Shown here one piece after another: positions 10,816-21,270 of a DNA stretch of 64,000 bases. Source of the stretch: an uncultured Hormoscilla sp. (GTDB lineage Bacteria; Cyanobacteriota; Cyanobacteriia; Cyanobacteriales; Desertifilaceae); contig OZ001293.3 of the NCBI GenBank assembly GCA_963921275.4, positions 6,528,001-6,592,000 on the forward strand, given 5' to 3'. The stretch's first letter is position 1; the number at the start of each line of letters is the position of its first letter. Below the pieces are notes generated by a model, which made no database searches, was not told the DNA's origin, and worked only from the letters and a program-made list of their open reading frames with translations. A program made the position numbers and the translations under genes.

Positions 10816-11112
10816 TCAGACTGGTATTGCAAGCACAGCAAGATCGGCATCAATACTTTCATTATCAGCCCCGGTGGGATAACCAAGATCGATCGCACCA
10901 AAGTGACTTTCAAAGCGTTCTCTGGCTGCCTGTTTCTCGGCTTCAGTTCGCCCCAAATTTAAATTGAGGCGGTGTTGTTCGACTTGCCTCACAGCAAGTT
11001 GTGACACCCAAGTCACTGCTAGTTGTGAGGGGGAAAGGTTAGCTGCTTCTGCTTGCTGTTGAACGAGGGTATAGGCTTCATCGCTTAGATGAAGTACAAG
11101 GGTTTGGCTCAT
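10816..11112 (-). CDS. Orphan antitoxin-like protein
   Basis: MSQTLVLHLSDEAY RHH-like start and FGAIDLGYPTGADNESIDADLA tail; GAGGTG before ATG. Confidence 0.55.
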   Translation of the reverse strand: MSQTLVLHLSDEAYTLVQQQAEAANLSPSQLAVTWVSQLAVRQVEQHRLNLNLGRTEAEKQAARERFESHFGAIDLGYPTGADNESIDADLAVLAIPV

Positions 11113-11289
11113 TATCTCACCTCTGAGGGGGGCACTGTCGCAACAATCATTAAGATAGCATATGAGGGGCAGATATAGCAAGCTGTCCTCGGATGGGTGA
11201 AAAGCTTGACAGAAGCGATAAGTTTGACATATGATAGAGTGGTATAGTACAAGGACAAAAAGAAAGACAACAACTGCTGTGCGGGTAGA

Positions 11290-12255
11290 ATGATAGAAGT
11301 CGAGCATCTCAGTAAAGTCTATGGCTCAACCCCAGCCATTCAGGATGTAACCTTTTCGGTGAAACCGGGAGAAATTATGGGTTTCTTGGGTCCGAATGGG
11401 GCGGGGAAAACGACGACGATGCGGATCTTAGCCGGTTATCTGCCCGCATCGGGGGGGACGGCCCGGGTGGCGGGCTACGATGTCCATGAAAAATCTATGG
11501 AAGTGCGCCGCTGGATTGGTTATTTGCCGGAGGTGCCGCCTCTCTATCCAGAAATGACTGTGGAGGGTTTTCTGCATTTTGTGGCCCGGATAAAAGGAGT
11601 TCCCAGAAAGGACCGCCGCGTCAGGGTAAATCATTCCCTAGAACGCTGTCAGATCGCAGATAAGCGGAAACTGCTGATTCACAAGCTGTCTAAAGGATAT
11701 CGGCAGCGGGTGGGAATTGCTCAGGCGATCGTCCACGACCCGCCCGTGATTATTCTGGACGAACCGACGGTGGGTCTGGATCCTCGGCAAATCATTGAGG
11801 TGCGGAATTTAATTAAAAGTCTGGCGGGAGATCATACCATTATCCTCTCTACCCATATCTTGCCCGAAGTGAGCATGACTTGCAGCCGGGTGACCATTAT
11901 CAATGGCGGGCGGGTGGTGGCCACTGACTCGCCGGAAAATTTGATGGCGCAGTTAGCCTGTGGGTCGGGGTACGAACTGGAACTGGATAAAGATGTGACT
12001 GTGGTTCAGCAGTTGCTAGCAGTTGTCCCCGGAGTAGGTCGGGTATTATCCGTGCCTGCCGAAAATGTCGGGGCAAATCGTTACTTAATTCAGGTAATAT
12101 CGGAATCGGGAGCTGAACCGGGTCGGGATATAGCTGCTGCTTTGGTGCAAGCTGGAGTCGGTATCTACGAGATGCGGCGCAACCGGGTGAATTTGGAACG
12201 GGTATTCTTAGAATTGACTACAGTAGAGGATGCCGATCTAGGAGTTGCAGTTTGA
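11290..12255 (+). CDS. ABC transporter ATP-binding protein (GldA-like)
   Basis: GPNGAGKTT, LSKGYRQR, ILDEPT. Confidence 0.95.
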   Translation: MIEVEHLSKVYGSTPAIQDVTFSVKPGEIMGFLGPNGAGKTTTMRILAGYLPASGGTARVAGYDVHEKSMEVRRWIGYLPEVPPLYPEMTVEGFLHFVARIKGVPRKDRRVRVNHSLERCQIADKRKLLIHKLSKGYRQRVGIAQAIVHDPPVIILDEPTVGLDPRQIIEVRNLIKSLAGDHTIILSTHILPEVSMTCSRVTIINGGRVVATDSPENLMAQLACGSGYELELDKDVTVVQQLLAVVPGVGRVLSVPAENVGANRYLIQVISESGAEPGRDIAAALVQAGVGIYEMRRNRVNLERVFLELTTVEDADLGVAV

Positions 12256-13052
12256 TGTTTGCGATCTTCAGTAACGTTGTGGCAATCTATCGTAAGGAGT
12301 TACAGGGCTATTTTGCTTCCCCCTTGGCCTACGCGATCGCAGGTGTATTCTGGTTATTAGCAGGTTTCTTCTTTGCGGCAGTTTTGCTGGGACCGACGGG
12401 AATTATTGCCCAAGCTGCTTTTAACGACCAGATGGGAAATGCGATCGGGATCGATGTGCCGTACCAGTTCCAGCAATTTTTCTTAGGGGTGATGGGAAAT
12501 CTGGTATTATTCATCATGCCGATGCTGTCCATGGGACTGTACGCGGAGGAACGCAAGCGGGGTACTTTAGAACTGTTAGCGACTTCGCCCATTACTAACT
12601 GGGCGGTAGCAACGGGAAAATTATTAGGTTCCCTCACGTTTTTTATCACGATGGTGGTGCCTCTGCTATTATATGAAATCTATGCCATGAGTGCAGCGGA
12701 TACCCCAGTCCAACTAGGAGTGCCCTTGGTAGGACATCTGGGAGTAATCTTGCTAGCTGGCAGCGTGTTGTCTCTGGGAATGTTCATTTCTTCTCTGACG
12801 GATAGTACCTTGCTGGCAGCAGTATTCACCTTCGGGCTAATTTTGTTCCTCTGGGTGATAGACTCGATCGCGGAGGGGGTAGGCGGTAACGTAGGAGAGG
12901 CTTTGGGACATTTATCCTTGCTGAAAAATTATTCTAATCTGGTCAAAGGAGTGCTAGATAGCGGCAGTATCATTGCGTTTGCTAGTTACATCTTTGTCGG
13001 CATCTTCCTCACCGCCCAATCAATTGAAACTTTGCGCTTCCAACGTTCATAG
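12255..13052 (+). CDS. ABC-2 permease (GldF-like)
   Basis: KELQGYFASPLAY, YAEERKRGTLELLATSP, multiple TM helices. Confidence 0.92.
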   Translation: MFAIFSNVVAIYRKELQGYFASPLAYAIAGVFWLLAGFFFAAVLLGPTGIIAQAAFNDQMGNAIGIDVPYQFQQFFLGVMGNLVLFIMPMLSMGLYAEERKRGTLELLATSPITNWAVATGKLLGSLTFFITMVVPLLLYEIYAMSAADTPVQLGVPLVGHLGVILLAGSVLSLGMFISSLTDSTLLAAVFTFGLILFLWVIDSIAEGVGGNVGEALGHLSLLKNYSNLVKGVLDSGSIIAFASYIFVGIFLTAQSIETLRFQRS

Positions 13053-13244
13053 TTACCATAGTTACCATGCCATCATTTACGATATTGCACCATTCTCGAT
13101 GAGTCTCATGACCCGCCGGGTAGCCGGCTAATAGCTAAAGTCGGTTAAAACCGACTGAAAACCTTGTAAAGAAAGTAAGAAAGCCTGTAGGTTGGGTTTC
13201 GTGCCTCAACCTAACACCCACTCTTTGTAACGCGAGACTATGAG

Positions 13245-13440
13245 GCGATCGTCGGGAAAAATGCAAAATGTAATTGCCGCCGGGCTCCGGCATCAGCAGT
13301 CAAAGATGCGATCGCCTGGGGTCGGTGATGGTGATGGCGATCGCCCAATGCCTTGCTTGCATATCGGTATCGATAAACAAAACTTAACTTGCACAACTCA
13401 CAGTTTCCGTGTTACTATGCGATCGTAAGCCCTGGATAAT
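13245..13440 (+). repeat. HIP1-rich repeat ending in a putative promoter, copy 1
   Basis: Aligns with ~13900-14088; TTGCAC(13389)-N18-TACTAT(13413). Confidence 0.7.
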
Positions 13441-13457
13441 TGCCATTCGCAATTCCG

Positions 13458-13667
13458 ATGAAAAATAAATTAATCGAAAGTTCTCCTGATATCATGTCGG
13501 GGACACCGGTATTTGCAGGCACCCGCGTACCAGCACAGACGCTGATCGACTATCTGGCAGCGGGAGAAAGTCTGGATGAATTTCTATATGACTTTCCTAC
13601 TGTCAGTCGCGATCGGGCGATAGCTGTGCTTAATGAGCGCGATGAAATCTATTCTCCAAAACTATGA
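13458..13667 (+). CDS. DUF433 antitoxin
   Basis: PDIMSGTPVFAGTRVP..LIDYLAAGESLDEFLYDFP. Confidence 0.85.
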   Translation: MKNKLIESSPDIMSGTPVFAGTRVPAQTLIDYLAAGESLDEFLYDFPTVSRDRAIAVLNERDEIYSPKL

Positions 13668-13702
13668 AGCTGCTGCTTGACGAGTGCCTACCTAAAAGAT
13701 GA
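13664..13702 (+). pseudogene. DUF5615 PIN-like toxin stub
   Basis: MKLLLDECLPKR* overlapping the DUF433 stop. Confidence 0.7.
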
Positions 13703-13721
13703 AAACAAGAGTTAGTGGAGT

Positions 13722-14088
13722 GCGATCGGGATATGGCCCGGGGCACGGCAATAGAAGATTTCGGTTAATACTTGATATTATTGATGCCGTGCCCCTACCA
13801 TTGTTGTTCTATATTGGCTGAAATTGGCGCGATCGCAGGGACGGATGGGCGATCGCCCGCCGGGGAAAATGCGATCGCAGTAGGTGTACGGCATCAGCAA
13901 ATGATCGGAAAAAATGCAAAATGGAACTACCGCCGTGCCCCGGCTGCCAGTGCCCAGACGCGATCTCCTGGGGTAGGTGATGGTGAGGGCGATCGCCCTC
14001 AGCCTTGCTTGCAGATCGGTATCGATACACAAAACTTAACTTGCATAACTGAGAGAGACTGCGTTATTATGTTCTCGTAAAGCCTTGA
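13722..14088 (+). repeat. HIP1-rich repeat, copy 2; partial copy 3 at ~16909-17135
   Basis: Shared GGGGCACGGCAATAG..GATGCCGTGCCCCTAC..GGCATCAGCAAATGATCGG; TTGCAT(14041)-N18-TATTAT(14065). Confidence 0.75.
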
Positions 14089-15477
14089 TGGTGGGGCGAT
14101 CGGATCAATCAGGAGATTGCTTTGATGGATTTTTTACTTGTCACTAGCCAGTTCAGCGACGAAGTGCTGCGCTACGACGCAACAACAGGAGTTTTTATTG
14201 ATGAATTTATCCCTGCTGGCAGTGGAGGACTGGATGGTCCCCAGAGTTTAACCTTCGGACCGGATGGCAACCTCTATGTCAGCGGTGCGGAAACTAGGCA
14301 GGTATTGCGCTACGACGGGATAACGGGAGTCTTTCTCGACGTTTTCGCATCCGTTGTGAATAAACCGATAGGTCTAACCTTCGGACCGGATGGCAACCTC
14401 TACGTCAGCAGCCTTGACAGTGACCAGGTGCTACGCTACGACGGGACAACGGGAGTCTTTCTCGACGTTTTCGCATCCGGTGGAGGACTAAATGCTCCTA
14501 GAGAATTAATCTTCGGACCCGATGGCAACCTCTATGTTGGCGGCGCATTAAGCGACGACGTGCTGCGCTACGACGGGACAACGGGAGTCTTTCTCGACGT
14601 TTTTGCCACTGGTGGAGGACTAGATTTTCCCGCAGGCATAACCTTCGGACCCGATGGCAACCTCTATGTCAGCAGCTCTTTAACTGGCCAAATACTGCGC
14701 TACGACGGGACAACGGGAGTCTTTCTCGATGAATTTGTTTCGGCTGGGAGTGGAGGGCTGGGTGGGCCTACTGGATTAACCTTCGAACCCGATGGCAACC
14801 TCTATGTCAACAGCTTTTCCAGTGACCAAGTGCTGCGCTACGACGGCACAACAGGAGCCTTTCTCGACGTCTTCGCTTCTGGTGAAGGACTAGAGGGTCC
14901 GATCGGCTTAGTCTTTGTTGATGATTCACCATCTACTACCCTTGAGCAGATAGTCACTCCTTCATCTCTCACAGTCCCAGCAATACCAGGCACGAGCGTC
15001 AGTTTCGATCTCAGCTACTCCACAAACCCTGCCAACACACCCACCACAGGATTAGGGTTGCGGATGCACTGGGACTCCAGCGAGATATCTTTCACAAGCC
15101 TCACCAATATATTAAGCGCGGGGGTACAACCCACGGGAGTGCCACAGCCAGATATTGAAGATTTCGATAACGATCCCGATACCGACTTTTTCATACTCAC
15201 AGCATGGAGTGACTTGGCAGGAAACTGGCCTTCCGCAAATCCAACTCTCCCAGAAAGCCTGTTCACCGCCAACTTTGTCGCCCAACCAGATTTTTCCGAG
15301 ACCACAGTCAACTTCACTCCCACATCTGTAGCTAATGAAGCTAGCTTTGACTCCAGCTCAGTGGAAATAGTCCGGTCTGAGGTTAATCTAGACATAGACA
15401 GCAATGGGATCGCAGATGCCTTAACTGACGGTTTGATAGCTCTGCGTTATCTATTGAACTTTACAGATAATGATCTA

Positions 15478-16489
15478 ACCTAAGTTGCGACCTATTAAAA
15501 AAAATATGAATTACCCACTTAGACTTTACAGATATTTGGGATATTTCGTAGCTTTTGATACAAAATTATATTTTTTTTGTGCTAGACGGCGGGTTGGCTG
15601 TTTATAGGTTATAATGTACTAAAATAATAGTTAATTGCTGGGGGATGTAGATGATGGAAGATATGATTACAACAATTTTTGTTCTTTGTGACGAGCTACT
15701 AAAAGCGTTAAATATAAAAGAAGATCCACAAGTAAAAATGAACAATGCCGAAGTGATGACAGTCGGATTAGTTGCTGCATATTTTTTCGGAGGACACCAC
15801 GATCGCTCTTGTCAATTTATGGTCGAACACAAGTATATAAAAAATCTGTTAAGTAAAAGTAGGTTCAATCGTCGATTACACAATATTGAGGAACCAATTT
15901 GGATGTTTTTCTTCCAAGTTATAGCTCAAACATTTAAAGAGCTCAATCCGGGTCAAGAATATATTCTTGATAGTTTCCCGGTGCCAGTATGTGATAATAT
16001 TAGGATTGATAGATGCCAAATTTATAACAAGGAAGAATATCGAGGGTATATTGCCAGTAAAAAACGTTATTTTTATGGATTAAGAGTTCATATGTTGGTA
16101 AACAAAAATGGAAAGCCAATAGAATTTTATCTAGATCCTGGTAGTTATAATGATGTTAAAGTTTTGCAATCTTTTGGCTTTGACTTACCATCAAATTCAA
16201 TAGTTTATGGAGATAAAGCTTATAATGATTATCAATTAGAGGATTTACTAAAAGAGTCGTCAAGTATAATGTTAAAACCTTTGCGAAAAAAGAACTCAAA
16301 AAGAAAAGAATATTCTTGTTTTGAATATATACAAAAAGTAACAAGAAAACAAGTTGAAACCTGTTTTAGTCGAATCACAAATTTGTTTCCCAAGTCAATT
16401 CATGCTGTTACATCTAAGGGATTAGAGTTGAAAATAATTCTCTTTATCATAGCTTTTTGTATCCAATTTTTATAGGTCGCAACTTGAGT
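15478..16489 (+). mobile_element. IS982-family insertion sequence, copy 1 (1012 bp)
   Basis: TIRs ACCTAAGTTGCGACCTAT / ATAGGTCGCAACTTGAGT; direct repeat TAATGATCTA at 15468-15477 and 16490-16499. Confidence 0.92.
15651..16475 (+). CDS. IS982-family DDE transposase
   Basis: ILDSFPVPVC, YFYGLRVH, YGDKAY, RKQVETCFS. Confidence 0.9.
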   Translation: MMEDMITTIFVLCDELLKALNIKEDPQVKMNNAEVMTVGLVAAYFFGGHHDRSCQFMVEHKYIKNLLSKSRFNRRLHNIEEPIWMFFFQVIAQTFKELNPGQEYILDSFPVPVCDNIRIDRCQIYNKEEYRGYIASKKRYFYGLRVHMLVNKNGKPIEFYLDPGSYNDVKVLQSFGFDLPSNSIVYGDKAYNDYQLEDLLKESSSIMLKPLRKKNSKRKEYSCFEYIQKVTRKQVETCFSRITNLFPKSIHAVTSKGLELKIILFIIAFCIQFL

Positions 16490-17145
16490 TAATGATCTAA
16501 TTGACGGAGTTATCGGTGCAGGATCCACCCGGGATACAGCCGATGAAATTACTTCTTATCTGGACGGGGCCCGCGATACCATGCTGGACGTAGATGGCAA
16601 TGGCACAGCAGACGCCATGACAGATGGGATATTGATCGTCCGTTATCTATTCGGGTTTAGAGGCGATATTCTGATTGACGGCGCAGTAGCCCCCGATGCT
16701 ATTCGTGACACGGCCCCTGAAATTGAAGCCTTCCTGGGTTCCTTCGACCTGCCTGGTGCCAGTGGAGCACAAGGATTTGAAGTGCAGGGAATGTTTGGTT
16801 TCTAATAGTCATGGCCCGCCGTGGGTTAAAACCCACGGCTAATAACTCAAGTCGGTTGAAACAGACTAAAAACATTGTAATTTGAGTGACATAAATGTAG
16901 GGAAGGTGCGATCGCCCGCTGGGGAAAATGCGATCGGCGCCGGGGCACGGCAATAGATAGATTTCGGTTGATACCCTGATGTTATAGATGCCGTGCCCCT
17001 ACCATTGTTATTCTATATTGGCTGGAACTGGCGCGATCGCCCGCCGGGGAAAATGCGATCGCAGTAAGTGTACGGCATCAGCAAATGATCGGAAAAAATG
17101 AAAAATGTAACTACCGCCGTGCCCCGGGATCAGCAGACGAACCCT

Positions 17146-17319
17146 GGGAAACACTAAAGTGTTTACTACGAACGGTTTCTTAATTGAGGGAAACACTAAA
17201 GTGTTTACTACGAACCCTGGGAAACACTAAAGTGTTTACTACGAACGGTTTCTTAATTGAGGGAAACACTAAAGTGTTTACTACGAACCCTGGGAAACAC
17301 TAAAGTGTTTACTACGAAC
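17146..17319. repeat. Five copies of hairpin GGGAAACACTAAAGTGTTTACTACGAAC (GTAG-type REP-like)
   Basis: Alternating linkers GGTTTCTTAATTGA and CCT; relatives near 46155, 46384, 48014 and 54760-54820. Confidence 0.85.
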
Positions 17320-17347
17320 GGAAAACAGAACCTAGATTATTTATAAG

Positions 17348-18976
17348 ATGAAGAATATTTGGAACTATCTGAAATATATATTTGGGTTGGCCCCAGTTCT
17401 GATTGTGGCCGGGATCGCCGCTGGCGTTCTCGAAACAGGCGGTTTATCTCCCGCTACCTGGGGCCCTCTTCCCCTAGGTTTACTCATAGCTGGTATGGCA
17501 GTCCTCGGGTTCTGGCTATTATTGAAAATTGCCTCGGCAGAAAGTTTTTGGAACAGTCGATCGACCTCTGCAGGCGCGAATGCTATAATCTCTACTATAG
17601 CTGTCCTGCTGATTGTGGCCATGATTAATTTATTGGCTGTCCGCTATCGGGTAGAAATAGATTTAACAGAAGACCAGCGGTTTACAGTGGCCCTTGAGAC
17701 TAAACAGCTATTGCAAAATTTGTCCCAACCTGTTAAACTGTGGATATTCAGCCCCCAAGCAAATCCTCAAGATGAAGAATTACTCAAAAATTACCAGGAC
17801 ATGGGAGGCGATCGCTTTTTATTTGAGTATGTTGACCCCTATTCTAGACCGGGACTGGCCTCGGAGTTTGGGGTAACAGAGGTTGGAGATGTTTACCTGG
17901 AATTATTGTCGCCAAACTCTCAACGGCGGGAGTTCGTCGGCAATGTGACCCGCAAACCTCTTTCTGAAAGCCAGTTGACTAATAGTATTGTACTGATTAA
18001 ACGCGATCGCACGACTTTGGTCTACTTCCTGCAAGGTCACGGGGAACGGCCTTTGGAGGGGCGGGGCGGCCTATCGGAAGCGGTTAGAAGCTTGAAACAG
18101 AAAAATTTTATCTCTCAACCTCTCAACTTAGCACAGCGCCAAGCAGTTCCCGAAGATGCCGATGTAGTCGCGATCGCGGGACCGGAACGAGAACTTTTAC
18201 CCGAGGAAGTGGCAGCGTTAGAGGATTATCTGGATGGCGGCGGGAGTCTGCTGCTGGCGATCGACCCCTTTAACAATCCCGGACTAGACTCTCTGTTGAG
18301 AAAGTGGGGGGTGAAGTTCGACGAGCGGGTGGCGGTTGACATCAACCGACGGTTGCCAACTGTACTCGCCATCGCTGACTATGGCGACCATCCCATTACT
18401 CAAAACTTTGGAAATGGTTTCTCTTTCTATCCCTTGGCGAGATCCATAGAAATAACTAAGGTGCCCGGCGTGCAGGAAGCGCCTTTACTGATAACCTCAG
18501 CAGAGGGAATATGGGCCGAAAGTGACACTAAGTCTCAGCAGTTGGAGTTCGACCCCAAAAGCGATCGCCAAGGTCCGCTAATATTAGGAGTCGCCCTAAC
18601 TCGCAGTCTCAATAACCCAGAGGTAACAGCACCAGAAACTGATGCTTCCGAGGATGTTACACCCAGTCCAGAAGCTGATGCTTCCGCAGAACAGGAACCG
18701 CCAATTTCCATTGCGCGGATGATTGCCATCGGAGATTCGGAATTTGCGATCGATGGTAATTTCGGGCAGCAGTTAAACGGATATCTGTTCCTGAATGCGA
18801 TCGGTTGGTTAGCAGATAGGGATGAAGAAACTTTTTCTATTCGCCCCAAGGAATTTACTAACCGACGCATCATCCTGACCGAAAATCAAGCTATAATCTT
18901 ATTCTTGACATCCGTAGCGATCGTGCCCTTGTTGGGCTTCTTGACCGCAGGTACTCTCTGGTTACTCCGTCGATAA
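17348..18976 (+). CDS. GldG-like ABC auxiliary protein
   Basis: IDLTEDQRFT, YFLQGHGE, IGDSEFA, NAIGWL, C-terminal TM. Confidence 0.9.
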   Translation: MKNIWNYLKYIFGLAPVLIVAGIAAGVLETGGLSPATWGPLPLGLLIAGMAVLGFWLLLKIASAESFWNSRSTSAGANAIISTIAVLLIVAMINLLAVRYRVEIDLTEDQRFTVALETKQLLQNLSQPVKLWIFSPQANPQDEELLKNYQDMGGDRFLFEYVDPYSRPGLASEFGVTEVGDVYLELLSPNSQRREFVGNVTRKPLSESQLTNSIVLIKRDRTTLVYFLQGHGERPLEGRGGLSEAVRSLKQKNFISQPLNLAQRQAVPEDADVVAIAGPERELLPEEVAALEDYLDGGGSLLLAIDPFNNPGLDSLLRKWGVKFDERVAVDINRRLPTVLAIADYGDHPITQNFGNGFSFYPLARSIEITKVPGVQEAPLLITSAEGIWAESDTKSQQLEFDPKSDRQGPLILGVALTRSLNNPEVTAPETDASEDVTPSPEADASAEQEPPISIARMIAIGDSEFAIDGNFGQQLNGYLFLNAIGWLADRDEETFSIRPKEFTNRRIILTENQAIILFLTSVAIVPLLGFLTAGTLWLLRR

Positions 18977-18998
18977 TGGGGGATAATTAGCAATTCGC

Positions 18999-19655
18999 AT
19001 GAAAATACAGAGAACAACGATAATTTGGGTATTGCTGGCCTTGGGGTTAGGGGGATTTGTTTATTACTTTGAGTTTAACAGACCCGAACGAGAAGAAGTT
19101 GTCCGGCAAAAGCAACAGCAACTGTTTGATTTTGAAGAGAATCAGGTGCAGTCCGTGCAGGTGCAGATTAAAGATCGGACATTGCTATTTGAACGTCAAG
19201 CAGAAACGGGTTCGTCTAAGTGGATGATGCGATCGCCCGAGTCCGCCCCCGCCAGCGAGGCCGCTGTGGTATTCTTGTTAAGTAAGCTGGTCAATGCTAA
19301 AAGCGATCGGGCCTTTACGGTATCAGCGGCGCAGCTGTCAGAATACGGACTGGACGAACCGATGGCAACAGTAGAAATTACTATTGACAATGGGAAAACC
19401 CATCAGCTAAGATTGGGGAATAAGGACTTTACTAATAGTCAGTTGTATGGTTTAGTTGACGTAAAAATCAATATAGATAATTCAGGCCCAGAGGAAGTAG
19501 GATCCGATGAGTTAAATGTTGAAGAAAAACTAAAGGTGGTGTTGGTGCCAGCAGATTTTGAATATGCGGTCGATCGACCGCTGTCAGAATGGAAACCAGA
19601 GGAAAATGATGAAGCATCCCCTGAAGAAGAGGAGAGTAGTGAAGTCAGAAACTGA
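18999..19655 (+). CDS. DUF4340-like protein
   Basis: N-terminal TM, LSEYGLDEP motif, position after gldG-like gene. Confidence 0.75.
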   Translation: MKIQRTTIIWVLLALGLGGFVYYFEFNRPEREEVVRQKQQQLFDFEENQVQSVQVQIKDRTLLFERQAETGSSKWMMRSPESAPASEAAVVFLLSKLVNAKSDRAFTVSAAQLSEYGLDEPMATVEITIDNGKTHQLRLGNKDFTNSQLYGLVDVKINIDNSGPEEVGSDELNVEEKLKVVLVPADFEYAVDRPLSEWKPEENDEASPEEEESSEVRN

Positions 19656-19725
19656 TGAACCTGATGATTAGTGAACGGGGGGCGATCGCATTTGTCGGGA
19701 CGCCCACCCGATCGCGTAACAATTG

Positions 19726-20115
19726 TCAATTCACAATTGACAATACTGGACAAAACTCTTCTAACTTCACCTGAAGGTCTGACACTAGCATCAGGGGATA
19801 CTTCTGAGAAGCTTTCAGCTTTTGGAAGACAAGACGCGCAAATTCATCACGCCAATGTTGTCGATTTGTTTCCGTCTCGATCTTAACTGCTCTCACTGAT
19901 ATATGATATCGGTGTGCTGCAAAATACATGTCTCTGTCATTTTCAAATTCATGTTCTCCCAGAGTCATAATAATGCGATAATTGCGATACTCATACCAGG
20001 TTTCATCCAAGTCAATGATGAGTTGCAACTTGATAGATAATAGGGATTCTATTTCCTCTACCAAGGTTTTAATCCCCACTTGTGAGTCTACAAAAATATC
20101 TACTGTCCTAGACAT
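19726..20115 (-). CDS. Putative immunity protein
   Basis: GGAGG RBS; 12 bp downstream of a toxin-like ORF. Confidence 0.55.
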   Translation of the reverse strand: MSRTVDIFVDSQVGIKTLVEEIESLLSIKLQLIIDLDETWYEYRNYRIIMTLGEHEFENDRDMYFAAHRYHISVRAVKIETETNRQHWRDEFARLVFQKLKASQKYPLMLVSDLQVKLEEFCPVLSIVN

Positions 20116-20127
20116 GAAAACAACCTC

Positions 20128-20553
20128 CTAGAGAAAGTCAGTAGCGGTGATGTCATAGCGATCGCCGATAATGCGGATGCTATCGATTTTTCCCCGCGTG
20201 ATGTTTTTTGCGCGTTGTAAGCCAGTCCTTGCCTCTGTCTCTGTTAACCCAGAACCCCTGGAATCTATAATTATATCTCTGGCTTGTCCTCCTCGTCTAA
20301 TCGAGTTATTGATCGCATTTTTGACAGTGGGGTTTGTAGCGCCTAGAACAAGACTCTTGAATTCAGTGCTCACTCCATCTACCTCAGCATCGGCATTTCT
20401 GCCTTCATCTGGTTTTTCTGACAAAGCCTTGACTGTCTTGCCCTCTATTGCAAGCAATTGGGCGATCGCTTTTTCTGGTTGCGAAAATTCCCTTTCTGAT
20501 TCATCAATACTGCCACTAGCAGGCGGCGTTGGCTGGTTAGTATGGTCAGTCAC
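20128..20553 (-). CDS. Stand-alone CdiA-CT-like PD-(D/E)XK nuclease toxin
   Basis: EKAIAQLL..G..V..L, NADAEVDGVSTEFK, GQARDIIIDSRGSGLT, IRIIG. Confidence 0.65.
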   Translation of the reverse strand: MTDHTNQPTPPASGSIDESEREFSQPEKAIAQLLAIEGKTVKALSEKPDEGRNADAEVDGVSTEFKSLVLGATNPTVKNAINNSIRRGGQARDIIIDSRGSGLTETEARTGLQRAKNITRGKIDSIRIIGDRYDITATDFL

Positions 20554-20830
20554 GGATTTCTGTTCCTTCTTTGTCAGAATGGCAATAAGCTCAAGAGAAG
20601 ACTTCTAAGCCTAGTGCTAGATCGCAGAACACTCCAGAAGCAGGTGCCAGTCCACAACCTCCTCGTGATCCTATACTGATTATAGCAACAAGGATAGTTT
20701 TGAGTCAAGGGCACCTACTGCTGGTATTGCTGAAAATATTCACGATTTTTTACTAATTGCATAACTTTAGCAAATGTTGGTATAGTTAAACATGTATATT
20801 GATGTAAGATCGGGATAAAAGGAGGTTATC

Positions 20831-20942
20831 ATGCCTAACTCATCACCTGGGCCTATTGCCAAGGGGACAATTAGAGAAAACCGTTATCAAGTTGTGCGTA
20901 AGTTGGGACGCGGTGGTTTTGGACGCACCTACCTAGTTGAAG
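20831..20942 (+). pseudogene. Duplicated 5' end of the Ser/Thr kinase gene at 22409
   Basis: Near-identical to 22409-22520; preceded by AGGAGG. Confidence 0.85.
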
Positions 20943-21270
20943 AGCTGTCAGAATATGGACTGGACTGATGAACCTGATGATTCACGATCGCAAAGAAGAG
21001 CCCCCTGGTTGCTAGTTTCTAGCTAGCAACGATTCCCATCTGCCTCGGGTCCTGACAAATGCGCAATCAATGGAGCGTCAAAAAACTGTATCAGGAACTA
21101 CGGAAACCTGAGGAAGATAAAATTGTTTTTGAATAACACTTGACAAGAAGCACAAAAATGCTTTAGGATAACAAAAGACTGGGTAATTGACACCGAAACC
21201 AGGCGTAAAAGCGTAAGGGAGACACGTCAGCTTCCCCGTTGGCAGTTACGATCGCAAGAGATAAAAATCA

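Larger units (their letters stand above)
14125..16805 (+). pseudogene. Beta-propeller (NHL/Vgb-like) repeat protein with cohesin-like and dockerin-like C-terminus, split by IS982
   Basis: Repeated F(G/E)PDGNLYV..VLRYDGTTG; LDIDSNGIADALTDG and LDVDGNGTADAMTDG; frame restored by removing the IS plus one TSD. Confidence 0.8.

Noticed and set aside
17146..17319. CRISPR array of palindromic 28-mers
   Set aside because: Linkers are 3 and 14 nt and recur identically.
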